A stretch of DNA of 63,365 bases, counting the filler, from Folioceros fuciformis (lineage: Eukaryota), in assembly GCA_049999805.1 (NCBI GenBank). It is 7 parts of 7 records of this genome, joined end to end, with 100 filler letters (N's around TTAATTAATTAA, not from the genome) between each part and the next. Parts side by side here need not be neighbours in the genome. Positions count along the whole stretch, not along the records: positions 21,043 to 31,103 come from JBNGIO010006074.1; positions 31,204 to 48,623 come from JBNGIO010006076.1; 5 more parts are not named here. One strand, given 5' to 3'. The notes below the pieces were generated by a model that saw only the letters and a list, made by a program, of their open reading frames with translations, was not told the DNA's origin and did no database searches. Position numbers and translations under genes: made by a program. Below are positions 25,800 to 39,700 of the stretch, piece by piece (the stretch's first letter is position 1; each line of letters begins with the position of its first letter).

Positions 25800-28098
25800 G
25801 AATATACGAAGTATGAGTGTGCTTATGGGTGTAAGGACGAAAAGCTAACTGACAAGGAGCCCTTGCTGTATATGTCAGCACAACCCAAAGTCGGAAAAGG
25901 CAATAGAAAAGCCTGGGTAAATGCTTGTGAAAGCATGAAACGAGGTTGCCAATTTAATTTCTTCATTAGTCGTTTGGTCTATTGGCTTGTTGTTGCTCAA
26001 ATTCGTATTCATGGTTGGTTTCATGTTGATAGTGATAATAACTTTTGTGATGGGCTCTTAGATTTTGATGGGCCAACTAAGTTTCCATTAGCGCTTTCCC
26101 TAAACAACACTAAAAAAGAGTGGGTAAAGCATAAGTTGCTTTGCAAATTAAGTCCACATGATATTCTTGAAGACCATGTAGCTCAGGTTTATGGGAAGAG
26201 GAAAGCTAATCCTAATTGTCAACTTCAACGAGATGATTGTTTGGTTATGAAGGACATTTAAAATCTTCAAAGTGAGTTGTAAGCAAGGTCTTGGAGGCTA
26301 CACAATAATGATACAAATAGTGTGCATTTGTGGAAGGACCTTCATTCGAAGTGCATTTTTCATTGTACTACAGGGTATCAAGGTACGTCTCCAAAGTTTA
26401 TTCTTGGCATACAAACTCCATTTCAACATAGTATGATGCTAAAGTGGGTCATAAGTCCTTGATCGTCATGGACATCACATTTAGAACCAACAAATGGAAA
26501 AATACAACACCACACTTTAGTAATCACATTTAGAACCAACAAATGGAAAAATACAACACCACACTTTAGTANNNNNNNNNNCACATTTAGAACCAACAAA
26601 TGGAAAAATACAACACCACACTTTAGTATAGGTGTTCATATTTTAAGTTAATTTTTTTAATTTAAGCTCATAAGTTCAATTATTTTATTAAGTTGATAAC
26701 TTAATAAACTAACTTGATGTTTGGCTTGCATGGTTTGTAGTTTCAATTATTCACTTGTGTGGTATTCGACGACCACATGAATGGCATTCTTGCAGCTTAG
26801 ATTATTACTAACTCAACAATTGTTTTGGACATTAGTACTTGGCTTTCGGACCTAACGCTATCTATGCGTCAAAGCAAGGGTGAGTGGACACCTAATCCTT
26901 TTTTAGTTGATGATTGCCAAGTTGAGATTAATGTCATTCAACTTACATTTGGGTCATATACATTGTTTTTCCTATGCCTTTGGCATGTTTGCCATGCTTG
27001 ACTAAGACAATTGTTAAGGAAGGTGAAGAATGCTCAAACACGAGGTGATATGATGTTAATGCTTGGTGACATTATGTATATTGACACAAAAGGGTGTAGC
27101 ATTCATGATGCTAAGGCAAAGCTGCAATTGTTCTACAGCATTTATGAGGTTGATCAACCTGCATTTATGCAATATTTCAAAGGTCAATGCGGGAAAAATA
27201 TGCACATGTGGATATGGGCTGTCCACACGTTACTTCATGTAGAGCAAGATTGTAACAGCAGTATTGAATCTTATCACAGCCATTTGAAAACGCGATGTAG
27301 CATGACCAAGAAACGAATGGAGGGACAGCGAGTTGATTGGTTAATCCATATGCTAGTGGAAGATGTAGATAGACATTTTTGGTTCCAAGCGGAATGCAAA
27401 AAAAAAGGTATTATAGGATATGTTAAATTGGAAAGAATAGTGCAACATGTCGTGACAAATGCGTAAAAAATCAATGATGCAAATGTTGTTTTGCCTATAG
27501 AGAACAATTCTTCCGCCTATGTCCAAAGCGAAAAACAAAATCACTTGTTGGTATATGAGGTGAAATATGGCTTCAATAATTGGCCTTTGTGTAATTGTCC
27601 GTATGCTATGCAAAGCTTTATTTGTAAACACCAAGTGAAGGTTAGGATGTTATTGGGAAAATTTACTCCGACTTAGCAACTCGTGTGGCAATTTATGCAC
27701 ATGGCACAACTTGAAGATGTCCCCTTTTATCTTATAGCAAAAGCATTGGATCACAAATATGCGGGAAAGAAATTCCGAAGGCCATGAATGAAGATATAAG
27801 TGCGAACCAATGCAACCAACAATGTCAAAGAGGTGAAGTTTTGGAGGCGTAATTCAAGAAAATATGCACAATAGTTGACAAATGGTTGCACTTAGAGAAG
27901 TATATTACAGGCTTGTTGCAACAAGCCATCAGGAAAACTGAAGAGCTAGGAACACAAGAGTTAGGTGTCCATCAACAATTTACTTTTCCGGAAGGTGTCC
28001 TTATGAGAGATAATAGCTTAAAAAGAAAACCAGCATTTTGGGAAAGTCAAGGTCCTAGGCATATTGCAAAGGGTGCTCTTCCTATAAATTTTTTTTGA
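25800..28098 (+). mobile_element. Mutator-like (MULE) transposase with SWIM zinc finger, degenerate
   Basis: KRGCQFNF, LGIQTPFQ, MDITFRTNK, FLVDDCQVE, FLCLWHV, NSSIESYHSHLK and SWIM motif CNCPYAMQSFICKH. Many stops. Confidence 0.85.
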
Positions 28099-28417
28099 GG
28101 CTTAGCAAGTTCCTATTATGAAGCAACAGAAACGAACATTTACAAACTAGGCATCTAGTGGTCAACAAGGTGATAGCCAAGTATATACTGCAATGTACTA
28201 TACTGAATTGGTGACATAGAGAAAAAAAATCCCTTCCCACTTCAAAGGCCACAACTCGTGCCTCACATGTTGCATCTTGTAGTATCAAACGTAGTCGAAA
28301 GCTTAATTTTCTGAACATTGGATGCTCCTCGCAATAACCATAGCTGCCAAATGAAGGCAACTTCGAATTACAGCCGGGGCAGGCCTCACACAGAAGAAGC
28401 TTGTCACACTGCACCAC
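28082..28417 (-). pseudogene. RPA1 C-terminal OB-fold/zinc-ribbon-like fragment
   Basis: EACPGCNSKL...YCEEH...FRLRLILQDATCEARVVAFE resembles the RPA70 DBD-C pattern. Confidence 0.6.
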
Positions 28418-28427
28418 AATGAGAACA

Positions 28428-30434
28428 TGTTGGTTAGTTTCAGGTCAATAGGTAAGAACCCTAGCAGTTGTAACTATCAACTACTTGAGTTCACGAGACA
28501 TGGTTTGTACGCAACACGCATTATGCTATGGAAGCATTCCTTGCTTCATAGGCGCGCCCCCTACTTGTCATGGTATTAGAGCTGCTTTACACTTATTGAT
28601 TCATGCTATGGCCTGATGGATCATTCTCCTTGATCATGGCAATGCGTTCTTTCCTACATATCATGGGAATATGCAATGCTGTGGTTGTCTTTTAAGGAAG
28701 CCGAGGTGTTGACAACAAACGCATCCAGTCAATTGTCGCCTGGAGAATGTCTACAGCATCACGCTTGATTAGCAACAATGCCTGGACTTAGGAAGAGACA
28801 GCGCTTGGCACACAAAGCACAAAGGCTGCAAAGCTTAAGAGCTTGGCAGCGTGAGAAGGACGAGGCGTACCTTCGAACACTTGCTCCCACGCGCTGGCAA
28901 CAAGTTTGGATGAAGATCTGCATCATTTGTGAATTAATGGCAACCAATATTCTTAATGGCTATCCTACCCTTGATGGTTATGATTGGAGTAGCATCAATG
29001 TTTCTAACCTCGTTTGAACACTACGTTACTTCCTTAGAGCATCAAGTCCTTTTACTTATATTTTCCAACATCAACATATGCTGTGTATGCAAGCTTGCGT
29101 GAACACTTGAATGCCCTCTTTTTGGGAGCACCTGCACATGAGCCACCGTACATAGTACATCAGTATGCAGCTCACATACTGTACAAGATTGAATAAGAGT
29201 ATAGCGTTCACGACGCACATATATTAGAGGTCACCATTCAGCGCTGTAGTGAAATAAACAAGCCGTACTTCTACAAGGCCTCATATAGAGCCATTTTGCT
29301 TTAAGAAGGGCGGATATGGCAAACCAAGCCTTAGCAGCCATTCAGCATACATCCCTGTCTACTATTGCCAAAGAAGGCAAGTTTGATGGGGAGAACTTCC
29401 ACGTTTGGAAGTTTCGAATCGAGGTTGTGCTAAAGTCAAGAAAGCTGTGGAACCATGTTGGTGGGGTAGGTATGCCTCCAGTACCTATACCCAAGCCTGG
29501 AGTAGGATCTGCACCTGAGGACATTGCCAAGTGGGAGGAAGCTGATCAGCAGGCAAAAGACCTACTGCATTTTAGAGTGAAAAGCACTCACATTGGCATC
29601 TTTCAAGGAGCTGGTGACACAGCAGCAGACTGGTGGAAGCAAGTCAAATTAGTTTATGACTCAAGGGACCTAATGTTACAAACTCTAGTTCTCAAGAAAT
29701 TCTTAGGCCTTAAGATGACTGAAGGTGATACTGTTGATAAACATGTATTGGAATTTCGTAACTAGAGAGGAAAAATGATTTCTGCAAGGTTTGACCTGGA
29801 AGAAGAGCTATTGGCCATCATCTTGCTTACTACACTCCTAGATACATGGTCTGGAGTGGTACAAAGCTAGCAAGATGTATCCACAATTACAATCAATAGA
29901 GTAATTGCAGCAATGCTTACGGAGGAATCCCAGAGGAAGATGTCTAGTGCATCTATCTCTTCTAGTGACAAGGCCTTTTATTTGAATAAACCTTTTAGAG
30001 GTAGAGGCCGAGGCCGTCCGTTTGCGAGAGGAGGCCGTGGTGGCCGAGGAGGCACCAGACCCTAATAATTCAGAGGAAGTACAAAGCAATGACCTCCATG
30101 TGGCCACTGTAGGATGAAAAACCACACGAGGGAAACTTGTCGAAAAAGACTTGCCGAGGAAGGTGGTCAGTCTTCAGGTCATCTGGTTGTCACAATGAGC
30201 AAATACTGCCGTGCTTTTGTTACACATGTAACCACCACAAAGGAGAAGCAGGACGATTCACCTGAATCACATTTAATTCCATCGTGCAATGTAGCTACAT
30301 GCTTTGTCAATCAGCCAACACATGATTGATATATTGACAGTGGGGCCTCTCAACACATGACCCCACATTCTGCATACTTCACTGAACTGCATGATAGCGC
30401 TCCTACTGAGTTTGTGTGTTTGGGAGATGATACC
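28428..30434 (+). mobile_element. Truncated Ty1-copia B: putative short 5' LTR (28428-28570), PBS, gag and protease
   Basis: TG...CA followed by TGGTATTAGAGC (tRNA-iMet PBS-like). Gag from 29316 has KFDGENFHVWKFRIEVVL and zinc knuckle CGHCRMKNHTRETC, then protease YIDSGASQHMT. The link between the LTR/PBS and this gag is inferred. Confidence 0.75.
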
Positions 30435-31103
30435 TATTAAGTTTGTAGACAGCGGGGAGCGAGAGCCGGAGGGCGAGAGGCATTAGCATACAAACTATCC
30501 AAATGATTAAGTGTAGGGTTATCCCTTTCAACACTCCCTCTTAACCTAACGGCGTCAACGGATTACGGCATAGAGGGGAACGTCGATACGTTCCGTTCTG
30601 TGGAGAAGCGGAAGCGCCATCGCCCAGCACTGTCGAGCTCCAGGCGCCCAAGATGGGCAAATCCACGACGGAAACCCTCACTGTGGCGGCTCTCCTCGTT
30701 GCTCTAGCAGATGGAAGACAGGAGCATCAGAGCTGGACGCCATTGAGGGTGGAACAGCTGATCAAATTTGTTGGTTGGGAGGGCAAGTGGTCGATGGAGA
30801 TCGCCATAGCCAGAGTTAGGCGTGCCGAAGAAGTCCTCAAGCGGCCTGAAGACACCAGCACGGAGCACGCCCGCGAACTGCTGTAGATGGCTGCCAAGGT
30901 CCCCTTGCCCATGGAATTTGTGCCGGCCACCAGAGGGATGGAAGGGAGTACTGTAGAAGCTGGAGCAGAGTGATTAGATCAGGTATATGAAGCTTCATCC
31001 ACCTGCAACAGCATGACAAAAAAAAGGACACTGACGGACTGTAGATATGGACTGCAGGAGACGGTGCCTGGAGAGGAGCAGCAACAAGGGAACTTAGGTT
31101 CCC
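30435..31103 (-). mobile_element. 3' end of a minus-strand LTR retrotransposon (short LTR about 30435-30533, PPT 30534-30542) inserted into copia B
   Basis: Minus strand reads AAGAGGGAG-TGTTGAAAGGG, a PPT/LTR junction of the same type as the copia elements in this window. It interrupts the copia B protease. Confidence 0.55.
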
Positions 31104-31449
31104 NNNNNNNNNNNNNNNNNNNNNNNNNNNNNNNNNNNNNNNNNNNNTTAATTAATTAANNNNNNNNNNNNNNNNNNNNNNNNNNNNNNNNNNNNNNNNN
31201 NNNTTTAGCATATGGAGCATGAGGTGTGGTTGTGGGCCCTCTGTGCGTCGTTGGTTGGAGTTGGCTTCTCCCTAACTGTTTACTATAATGAAAGTCTATG
31301 GGTTTCACATTCATGAGCCTACACATCTGGACGGGTGGAGGGCGCCTGCATGGTTCATTGTAATGAAAGTCAATGGGTTTCGCATTCATGAGCCTACACA
31401 TCTGTCCAGATGTGTAGTATGCCATTGATTGCCGAGGGTGATAAATGAA

Positions 31450-32167
31450 CATCTAGTCCTGCTGAGGGGAGGGGAACTGTAATGTGGTCCATGCATGGCG
31501 GGGAACTGTCGAGGTCTTTGATAGCTATCTGTTCTGTGTTTCCTTTCCAATAACGTCAGCCGTGGGCTATGCCACGAGGCCATGTTTGGTTCATGAACGG
31601 CTTCATGGGGAAATCATTCTGGAACTCACTGTTGAAAGGTGGTCATGAAAGGGGGCTAGTGTCGTGGAATGCGTGTTTGGTATGTCTAAGATGATTGACT
31701 TGGGTGTGCAGATGTGTACCAAGACGGTTTAAACAAGCATTGAAACTCATGGATGAGAGGAAAAAACTGAATAAGCACATGTCTAAAGAGTATACAGAGC
31801 CACATAAGTATATGTTGTTGTGCATTGATGGCATGGACCAAAAGAAGACTACGTTGCCACACATTCTTAGATGGCCAAAGGAATTGAAGGAGGATAGCAA
31901 AATTAATGTACACGTCGTGGGGTGTATGGTTCACAACTACAAATTCAAGGCAAGGACATACCTACATTATGCCAATATACCAAACGATGCCAATTTGACT
32001 ATATGCATTATTTAGGATATCATTCACACATACGAGGGGCTACTTCCACAGGTTTTAGACATTTAGCTAGACATTTAGTTGGATTTCTTCTTGTAAGCCA
32101 TACACATGACCAAGTAGACCAAATGTTCTCTTGTTTCTCCAAGCATTTGAGGCACAAAGAGATGAAG
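31450..32167 (+). mobile_element. DUF7869/Sola-like DNA transposase remnant, copy 1
   Basis: LLCIDGMDQKKTTLPH, HVVGCMVH, DANLTI, FLLVSHTHDQVDQMFSCFS. Superfamily assignment is tentative. Confidence 0.65.
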
Positions 32168-35100
32168 TGTGGGCAAGCGGGTATGGTATCCCTACCAGGC
32201 ACCCGCTCACATGTCTCGTGGCCACATCAATCCCACGGTCGTTGTAGGTTTCCCCGGAATCGCTCCCCTCTAAGCCTGGTCAGCTACGTCTATCGCTCCC
32301 CTACACTAGTCAACTCTCCCAACCATGTACCTACCAATCTAGCCACGCGTCCCATCAATAGGTAGGCACCATTCCTTCACTTGGAAGGGCCCCAATACCT
32401 CTCCTACCGATTTCTACCTTCCAATCACGTTCCTACCAATCTTGCACCACGTCTCGTCGGTAGGTAGGCACCATGCCTTCACTTGGAAGGGCCCCAGTAC
32501 CTCCCCTACCAATTTCTACCTCCCTACACTCAATACCTTTTCCTCACAAGGCTCCCTACGACACCTTCCTCTACCCATCATCTAGCTACTCGTCTCCCTA
32601 TGCCCAGCAACCAACAAGTTTTCCTCCGAGCCTACTCCGCTCCCTCCAACTCTGTTTATCGTTCACCTATGACCTTCAACCTTTCCGCCGTACCTTCAAC
32701 ACGTCCAGTTAGTAGGAAGGCACCATTCCTTCACTTGGAAGGGCCCTAGTACCTCCCCCTACCAACTTCCAACTACCTACACCCAGCACCTTTCCCCACA
32801 AGTCTCCTCACAACACCTTCTACACGATCCAACTCCGTGTTTCCCTACGTTCAAGACTCCCAACTAGACATCACAAGAACCTTTGTGATCGGCAACAAAA
32901 AGGGCACTCGCAGCTTCCCCTCCTGTTAGGATGTCCACGGAGGCTTACGAAAATTGGTTCTCTATTCGTCACAAAACGCTTACAATCAAAGAACGGGGAC
33001 TTCCTCTGGCTCAAGTTCTTCATTCTACTTATATAGGATGGCAGACGGCCTCCTACCTATCACTAGCCGCGGCCAGCTTTAACTACGCACACCTAGGAAG
33101 AGGCTAAGACCTACCAATAGTTGCAAAGGCAATGCGCACCGATGAAGATTAGGATTGTCGGTGCTGCCATAGAAGATTCGTTGACCCCTTTTTCAAAAAG
33201 GTATGACTAGGATGGCTCACGAAGAGAGGCAGAGTCTGAAAGGCCCCCCTCCATTATTGGGATTCGTCTTCTTTTGGATCCACGAGCTTCCACCGTACCT
33301 TCCTTTGTGTGGATCTCTTGGGCTATCCCTTCACCACCACCTACAAGTTTGGTAGGGGAGGGTTCCCCTTGTTCCTCAACTTGAGGCTCCTTCCCTACGT
33401 AGGGTGGGAATGTTTCCTCCGTAGGTAGGGTCCCTACCATTCCTTCCTCTCCTCTCGTAGGTAGGTTCCCTACCCCTTCTCTTGTAGGTAGGTTCCCTGC
33501 GGGAGTAGGTACCCCTTGTTGCGTGCTTTTCCTAGCCCATAGCAGCTCCTCAGGTTTCCATTGCGAGCTCTCTAGGTCCATACTGTTGTCCTCTTGAAAG
33601 TCTGTTGGTAGGGGCACTGTCTCCAGAGCCTCACGGTCGTCATCATGTGGCCCAAGATACCTTCGCCTTGCCAATGCTGCCAGTTCCTTGTGATGAGCGA
33701 GTAGACGTTGGTGTAGGTGGAGGTTGCAATTCTGTTGAGCTAGATCTATGGTATCCATGTCAACAACCCAATCCCCACCCTCGCATCTACTCTTGTAGAT
33801 ATCTCATTCAGCCTCCATCGCCCCTACTTTCAACTGTAGGTCAAGGTTTTCTTGATGAGTTGCATGAAGCTTGGTCATGCACCCCATCAAGTAGGCATAG
33901 TCAGCACGAAACCTACGAGCTCGAACCACCAGCATCCTGTGAATCTTGGTCTGATGCTCAGCTTCTTGTTGTGCTTTCTCCTGCCGAAGGTCTTCTAATT
34001 GATTGGTCAATTGTTCCATCTCCTCTCGCTCTCATTGCCCTGCTTCAAGGCGTTTGCTGGAGTTCTTGGTTCGCTTTAGCATTCTCTGCCTCCAACTCAT
34101 CTAGCTTGCCTTGTAAATCCTTTGCAAGGTACACTTGTTCCCGTAGCTGTTCCTCCACCACCTTCCTAGTTTCCTCAGACTGGGTGAGGTCCCTTCGACA
34201 TGCAATGATCTCATGGGATAAACCTTGTTGGGAAGTCTGCAACGTGATCACTTGCTAGGTCAACTTCTCCAGTCCTTGTCTTTGCTCACCATCCTTGAAG
34301 AGATACTGTTCTCGCTCCTTTTCCAATTCTTGCACTTTGGATTCTAGTCGTGCCTGGTTTGCATCCCGACTTATGTGCTCCTATAGTAGGGCTGCAATCA
34401 TTGCACAGGCCTCTCCCTAATTGATGTTTTGTAGCTGTTGGCCACACCAAATGATGTTGCTCCACACTCCCAACGAAGTGTCGTTACCTTGGCTTGTGGC
34501 TTGTGCTCCCCGGGCTGCCTCCCAATTCATTGGGCTCCTTCTCCCCAAATCTGGTGCTCTACTCTATGCTTGCACTACTGGTGTCATCGCCAAATCCCTT
34601 ACCTTGTGGTACCCTACTTCAACTATTGGTTGGCTTGGTCCAAGATCCCTCACTGTCTCCATCTTAGTTGGGGTGGAATCTAGGGCTGCGGGGGTGGTGA
34701 CTAATGGTAGCCTTTGGTCCCTTTGTTGTTCCCTGAGTCTTGGTATCAATGAGGTGTCATCTTCATCAGACTCATCATAGGTTGCCATGGCTGATTCGAA
34801 ATCAAGCGGGGACTCCTCATCCGTAAGAGGGGTCGACACTCCACCGGAAATAAAAGCCTCCCCCTACAACGGGACAACTACAAAAGGTTGTTCCGCCTCC
34901 TCCAACTCCTCTTGTGTTAACAACCCTTCTGTCTTCCATAAGTGCACCAAGTAAGTCGAGAGATAGTAGGGTCACGCACTCCCCCCCTCCCTACCGTTCG
35001 GCTTGAGCAACTTCTCCATGTGGTAGGTATACGCCTCATACATAATTAACCCCCAGTCTAGCTTTGCTCCTTGAGTCACTCTCCAAAGGAAGTGGAGGAA

Positions 35101-36330
35101 AGCATTGCTGAAATATGAGGTGCGTTGATAGTTCACCAATCCAAGAACCACCTTAGTGAACAACCGCCATTTGAGCTCCTTGATCCTCTCAGTCCTCCAC
35201 CCATTCTTGGTTCTTGCTAACTCCCCTCCCAACAGAAATTCTAGTGTCCCAGATGGTAGGGTGGTGTTGGGTGACCTCTGCCCATCTATGGTTTTATCCA
35301 GGATCCCAATACCATCGCTCTCCTCTTCTGACCTACCGTACACCTGTCGGATGCTCCGGATAGTCCAACACCGAGGGTCAGTCCTCGAGTTTCGTTTAGG
35401 TTGGGCTTCCAACTCCTCCTTCAATTGCTTTAGGTTGGTATAGCACTCCTTCACCAAGCCTTCATGAATATACGACCAATGTCTGCCATATATCCAGTCA
35501 AGCTGGATGTTTGCATCACATGCCCAAGTCCGTAGGTCTATCAAATCCCTTGAGTTCAGTTGGCCCCCAAAGCAGGAAAAGAATGGAACATTGGTTAAGG
35601 GAGAGCTGGCTGCCCTCGTGGGTCGTCCCCTACTGCCGGAACCCACTTGAGTATTGTTGGAGGTTCGCATCATAGTTGATGGAACAAAACCCCAAGAATG
35701 TCGATTGCCCTCCTTTACGCAAGGTTATACCCCTACTTCCGTAGGCAACTGCTCCCAGCTTCTGTCCAGCTGATTTCACGTCCCCTGAACCATTCCTCCC
35801 TATGGCTCTCACCATAGCAAAGCCCTTTCTCTCGCTTTGAGTCCGCTTGGTCACAAAAAGTAGGCCCCCGGCGTAGGTGTCTTGTCGCACAGCTACTTCC
35901 TTGTTCCCTGCTATGTAGGTAGATGTAGATCCCTACGTGGAGGTGAGCACCCTTTGTTGATGGGACACCTTAGGTAGGGACCCCTTTAAATACCCTCTTG
36001 TCGTAGGTATACTTCTATATGTAGTAACTGTCCTTAATAGATACCCTACACACGTGTCCCCTTTTCTGTAGGTAGCTTGCCCTTCACAACTATATTTCTT
36101 ATTTAAGTACTACCTCCCACATAGATATCCTCCTCCTGTGGGCATACTTCCTTATAGGTAGCCATCACAAAGAAGGTAACTTCTTTATAATACTACCCCT
36201 TATTATCGCCACTCATCTAACCTACCAAACTAAGACCAAACTTCTAACCTACCAAACTAAGACCAAACAAAATTAAAAATGTTATTAGCCGCTCCCTACC
36301 TATTGCGGTCCTTGCCAAAAACCCGCATTC
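32168..36330 (-). mobile_element. LTR-retrotransposon-like element 3' part: about 1-kb LTR-like repeat (32168-33185) plus degenerate extra ORF (about 35680-33207)
   Basis: Repeat is homologous to 55557-56670, starts with TG on the + strand, has a minus-strand TATA (about 33030) and a purine tract at about 33186-33194. The ORF has LVKECYTNL...GAKLDWGLIM...PYYLSTYL (plant transposon protein/Transposase_32-like) followed by coiled coil. Confidence 0.55.
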
Positions 36331-36768
36331 CATAGAACTCAAGGCTGGACACTGGGGGAAGTCTGAGGGAGTATCAAAACCCCAAGGCTGGGGAACGCAC
36401 AAGGCTTAGAGCTAGGCTGGAGTTTGATGAGCGGGTGCCACATCAGGAGGGTGTTGAATACAGCGTGAGTATCCCAGACTGCATGCAGGCGCTTGGAGCA
36501 GAGACTAGTCAGGAATGTTTGGAAGGAACACAGGCAAAGGGTGCCCCTGCGGCTCAGCAAGGTGAAGAGAATTCTACAAGGGACGAGTTGCATGAAGGGG
36601 GTAGGGTGGCTGAGGAAGGTGACACCGGGGTATCACCGGTTGTGTGGAGAAACATAGGGAAGTCAACCTCAGGTTGGAGCAGGGCCTAGGAAGTCGCTGG
36701 AGAAGTACTCCGTCGGTGTGGAAAGGATGGACAGGTGGGAGATCCTTCAGTTTTGGCGGCAACAACAA

Positions 36769-39700
36769 TGATGAATTGAGGAAAAGATGTTGTGGTCATT
36801 GATTTTATTTCGGAAAAGAGAGAGTATCTGTTGTATGATGAATGGGCTACATCTAGCATCTTGAGGAGTTCAGTCTATCGAAGAGACACGACCGTTCAGC
36901 TAATAAGTCACGACTGTTCAGGTCTCGATCGTTTGCGGCTTACACACTGCACTACTGCGCACACACCCCCTTAAGCTCAAGCGTCGAGATAGGGGAACTA
37001 CTAACAATCTGTAAGTCCTAATGCGGAAGTAAACTGAGCATGCTTAATCTTCGCAAGTGGCTTGGTGAAGATATCAGCCACCTGTTCCTCGGTTGGTACA
37101 TACGTTAAGCGCACTTCGTTACTCTCAACTTTGGAACGCAGAAAATGGTATCTGAGCTCAATGTGTTTTGAGCGCTCGTGAAATCTCAGATCCTTGGATA
37201 GAGAGATCGTAGCTTGATTGTCACAACGCAGCTCGATTGGTCCTTGATGTGGATAGCCAAGGTCAGTCAGCAGTTGGACTAACCACAAACCTTCCTTGGC
37301 GGCAGAGGCGGCAGAAATGTATTCCGATTCTGCAAAGCTGAGAGCTATAGAAGTTTGTTTCTTTGCTTTCCAACTGATTGCTCCACCGGCGAGTAAGAAA
37401 ACGTAGCCACTTGTGGACCTACGAGAATCAAGGTCGCCGGCCCAGTCTGCATCAGTCCAGCCAATCAGTTTGTCTTGAGCTCCTGGGCCACCATGGTATT
37501 TAATACCCTTCTTCTTCGTACCTTGTAGGTATCGGAGGATACATTTTACAACAACCCAGTGAGGTAGACCAGCATTTGAAAGGAATTGGGAAGTCAATGA
37601 AGTTGGTAAGGCTATGTCCGGTCGAGTATTTTGTACGAGATGCTGGAGACTACCCACAGCTCCTGAATAGGGGACAGAGCTCATTTCTTCTACTTCTGCA
37701 GGAGTTTGAGGGCACAATGTTTTGCTAAGTCGAGGACCTGTCTGCATTGGAGTGTCAGCAGGTTTGCAGTTTGACATGTTGAATTTATCAAGTACATCCA
37801 GAATGTAGCGCTCCTGGTGTAGTAAAATGCTCTCTTGAGTTGGGTTATACTTCACTTGAACACCCAAGCAGAACTGCATAATTCCGTTGTCTGTCATAGA
37901 GAATTGCTGCATAAGTTCAGCTTTAGATTCTGCCAAGTATTTCTTATTATTGGATATCATAATAACATCGTCTACATAGATGCCCATCATCAGCATTCGA
38001 GAATCTATGTTTCTGATGAATACACTGGCGTCCACATTACTCTTGGTGTATCCTAACCTTCTGAGGGATCTGTAACATTCTTCGTACCACTCCTTACCAG
38101 ATTGTTTAAGGCCGTACAAGGTTTTGTGAAGCTTACAGACCAAGTGTTCTTTGCCAGGTGCAATGTACCCATTCGGCTGTTGGATGTATATCTCTTCCTG
38201 GAGTATTCCATTTAAGAACGCAGTTTGCACGTCCAGCTGATGAACGTGAAGGTTTTGCAAAGCTGCCAAGGCTAACATAAGGCGAAGTGATGTTAGTTTC
38301 ACGACTGGAGTGTATACCCTGTCTTCATAATAATCGATTCCATCCCTTTGAGTGAAACCCCGGGCAACGAATCGGGCCTTCAGTGTCGAGACTTGGCCAT
38401 CGGCATTGTACTTTTTGCGTAATACCCATTTGCTACCCACAGCATGGCGTCCCGGGGGTAAAGGTACAAGGCTCCATGTGTTGTTGTTGACCAAGGATTG
38501 ATATTCGCTATCCATGGCCTTTCTCCAAGCTGCTGCTTCAGGTCCAGCTAGGGCTTCATCGGTTGGAACTATGTTAGGTCGATCAGCCGTATCACCTGCT
38601 AAACCGCGTGTTGTGCGAAATTCCAAGTCATGGAATTTGGTGCCGGGAATTCCCTTTGTGGTCCTTGAAGAGTTGCGGACAGGGGGGTTAGGAACTGGTG
38701 TATTTCGCTCCAGAGGGGCGTCCTCCTGATTCGTTCCTGTTGCAAGTTGGCGTGAAGGGAATTGCAAATCAGGTGTATTGGTTTCACTACCAGTCTCGCT
38801 ACTCGCTCCCCCTGTGAGCTGCAATGGAGGGAACGCCTGTGTAGAGGCTAACGGTGAAGTCATAGCGGAACCGCCGGGGGGTAAAGGCGGAATGGAACCA
38901 AAGGGAGGATCTATGGGCCAATCCGGACCGGGGTCATCATCCGGGGTAGGAGCAGCCGGTGGTGGGAGCGGAGGCATGGGTGGTGCCAAGGCTGCAGATG
39001 GAGAGGGATCCGGGGCGGGAGGGGCCGGGGTGGTAGCAGGGAGAAAATCCAGGGCAGAGATGCGCTCGAAATCTGGGGCACCCCCTGAAGGGAAAAGGAG
39101 GGCTGCTTCATCAAAGATGACATTTCTGCCCAAGGTAACCCTGCGAGTGGCTCTGTCAAGTAGTCGGTAACCTTTCACCCCGTCACTTTCGCCATAGCCA
39201 ATGAAAGTAAGTCTCACAGATCGGTGATCTAATTTTCGACGCCCTTCCGTTGGAATATGTTTGTAAGCCGGACAACCAAAGATGCGAAGGTGGCTGACCT
39301 GTGGCTTTCTACCTGTCCAGATTTCATAAGGCGTCTTGTCTGGTAGGGTGGAGGTGCCACATCGGTTTTGTACATAGCAAGCAGTTGCCGCAGCGTCAGC
39401 CCACAAGACGTTGGGTAGAGCGGCTGTGGCAAGAGAGCTCCTAGTGGCCTCCATAAGAGAGCGATGTCTTCTTTCCGCTTTGCCTAATTGGGCATGGGCA
39501 TATGGCACGATTTTTTGGTGCAAAATACCATGGGTGGATAGATAGGCCTCGAACGCAGGAGAAGTAAGTTCGCCTGCGTTGTCAGTTCTAAGAATTTTGA
39601 TGAGCTTCCCAGTCTAGTTTTCCACTAACGCTTTATAGATCTGGAAGGAGGCAAAGGCTTCTGACTTGTGCCGTAGAAAGGACAGAAATGTGTAATGACT

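Noticed and set aside
26474-26630. Three copies of a ~49-bp unit inside the MULE
   Set aside because: Near-identical copies straddle a 10-N gap; likely an assembly overlap artefact.
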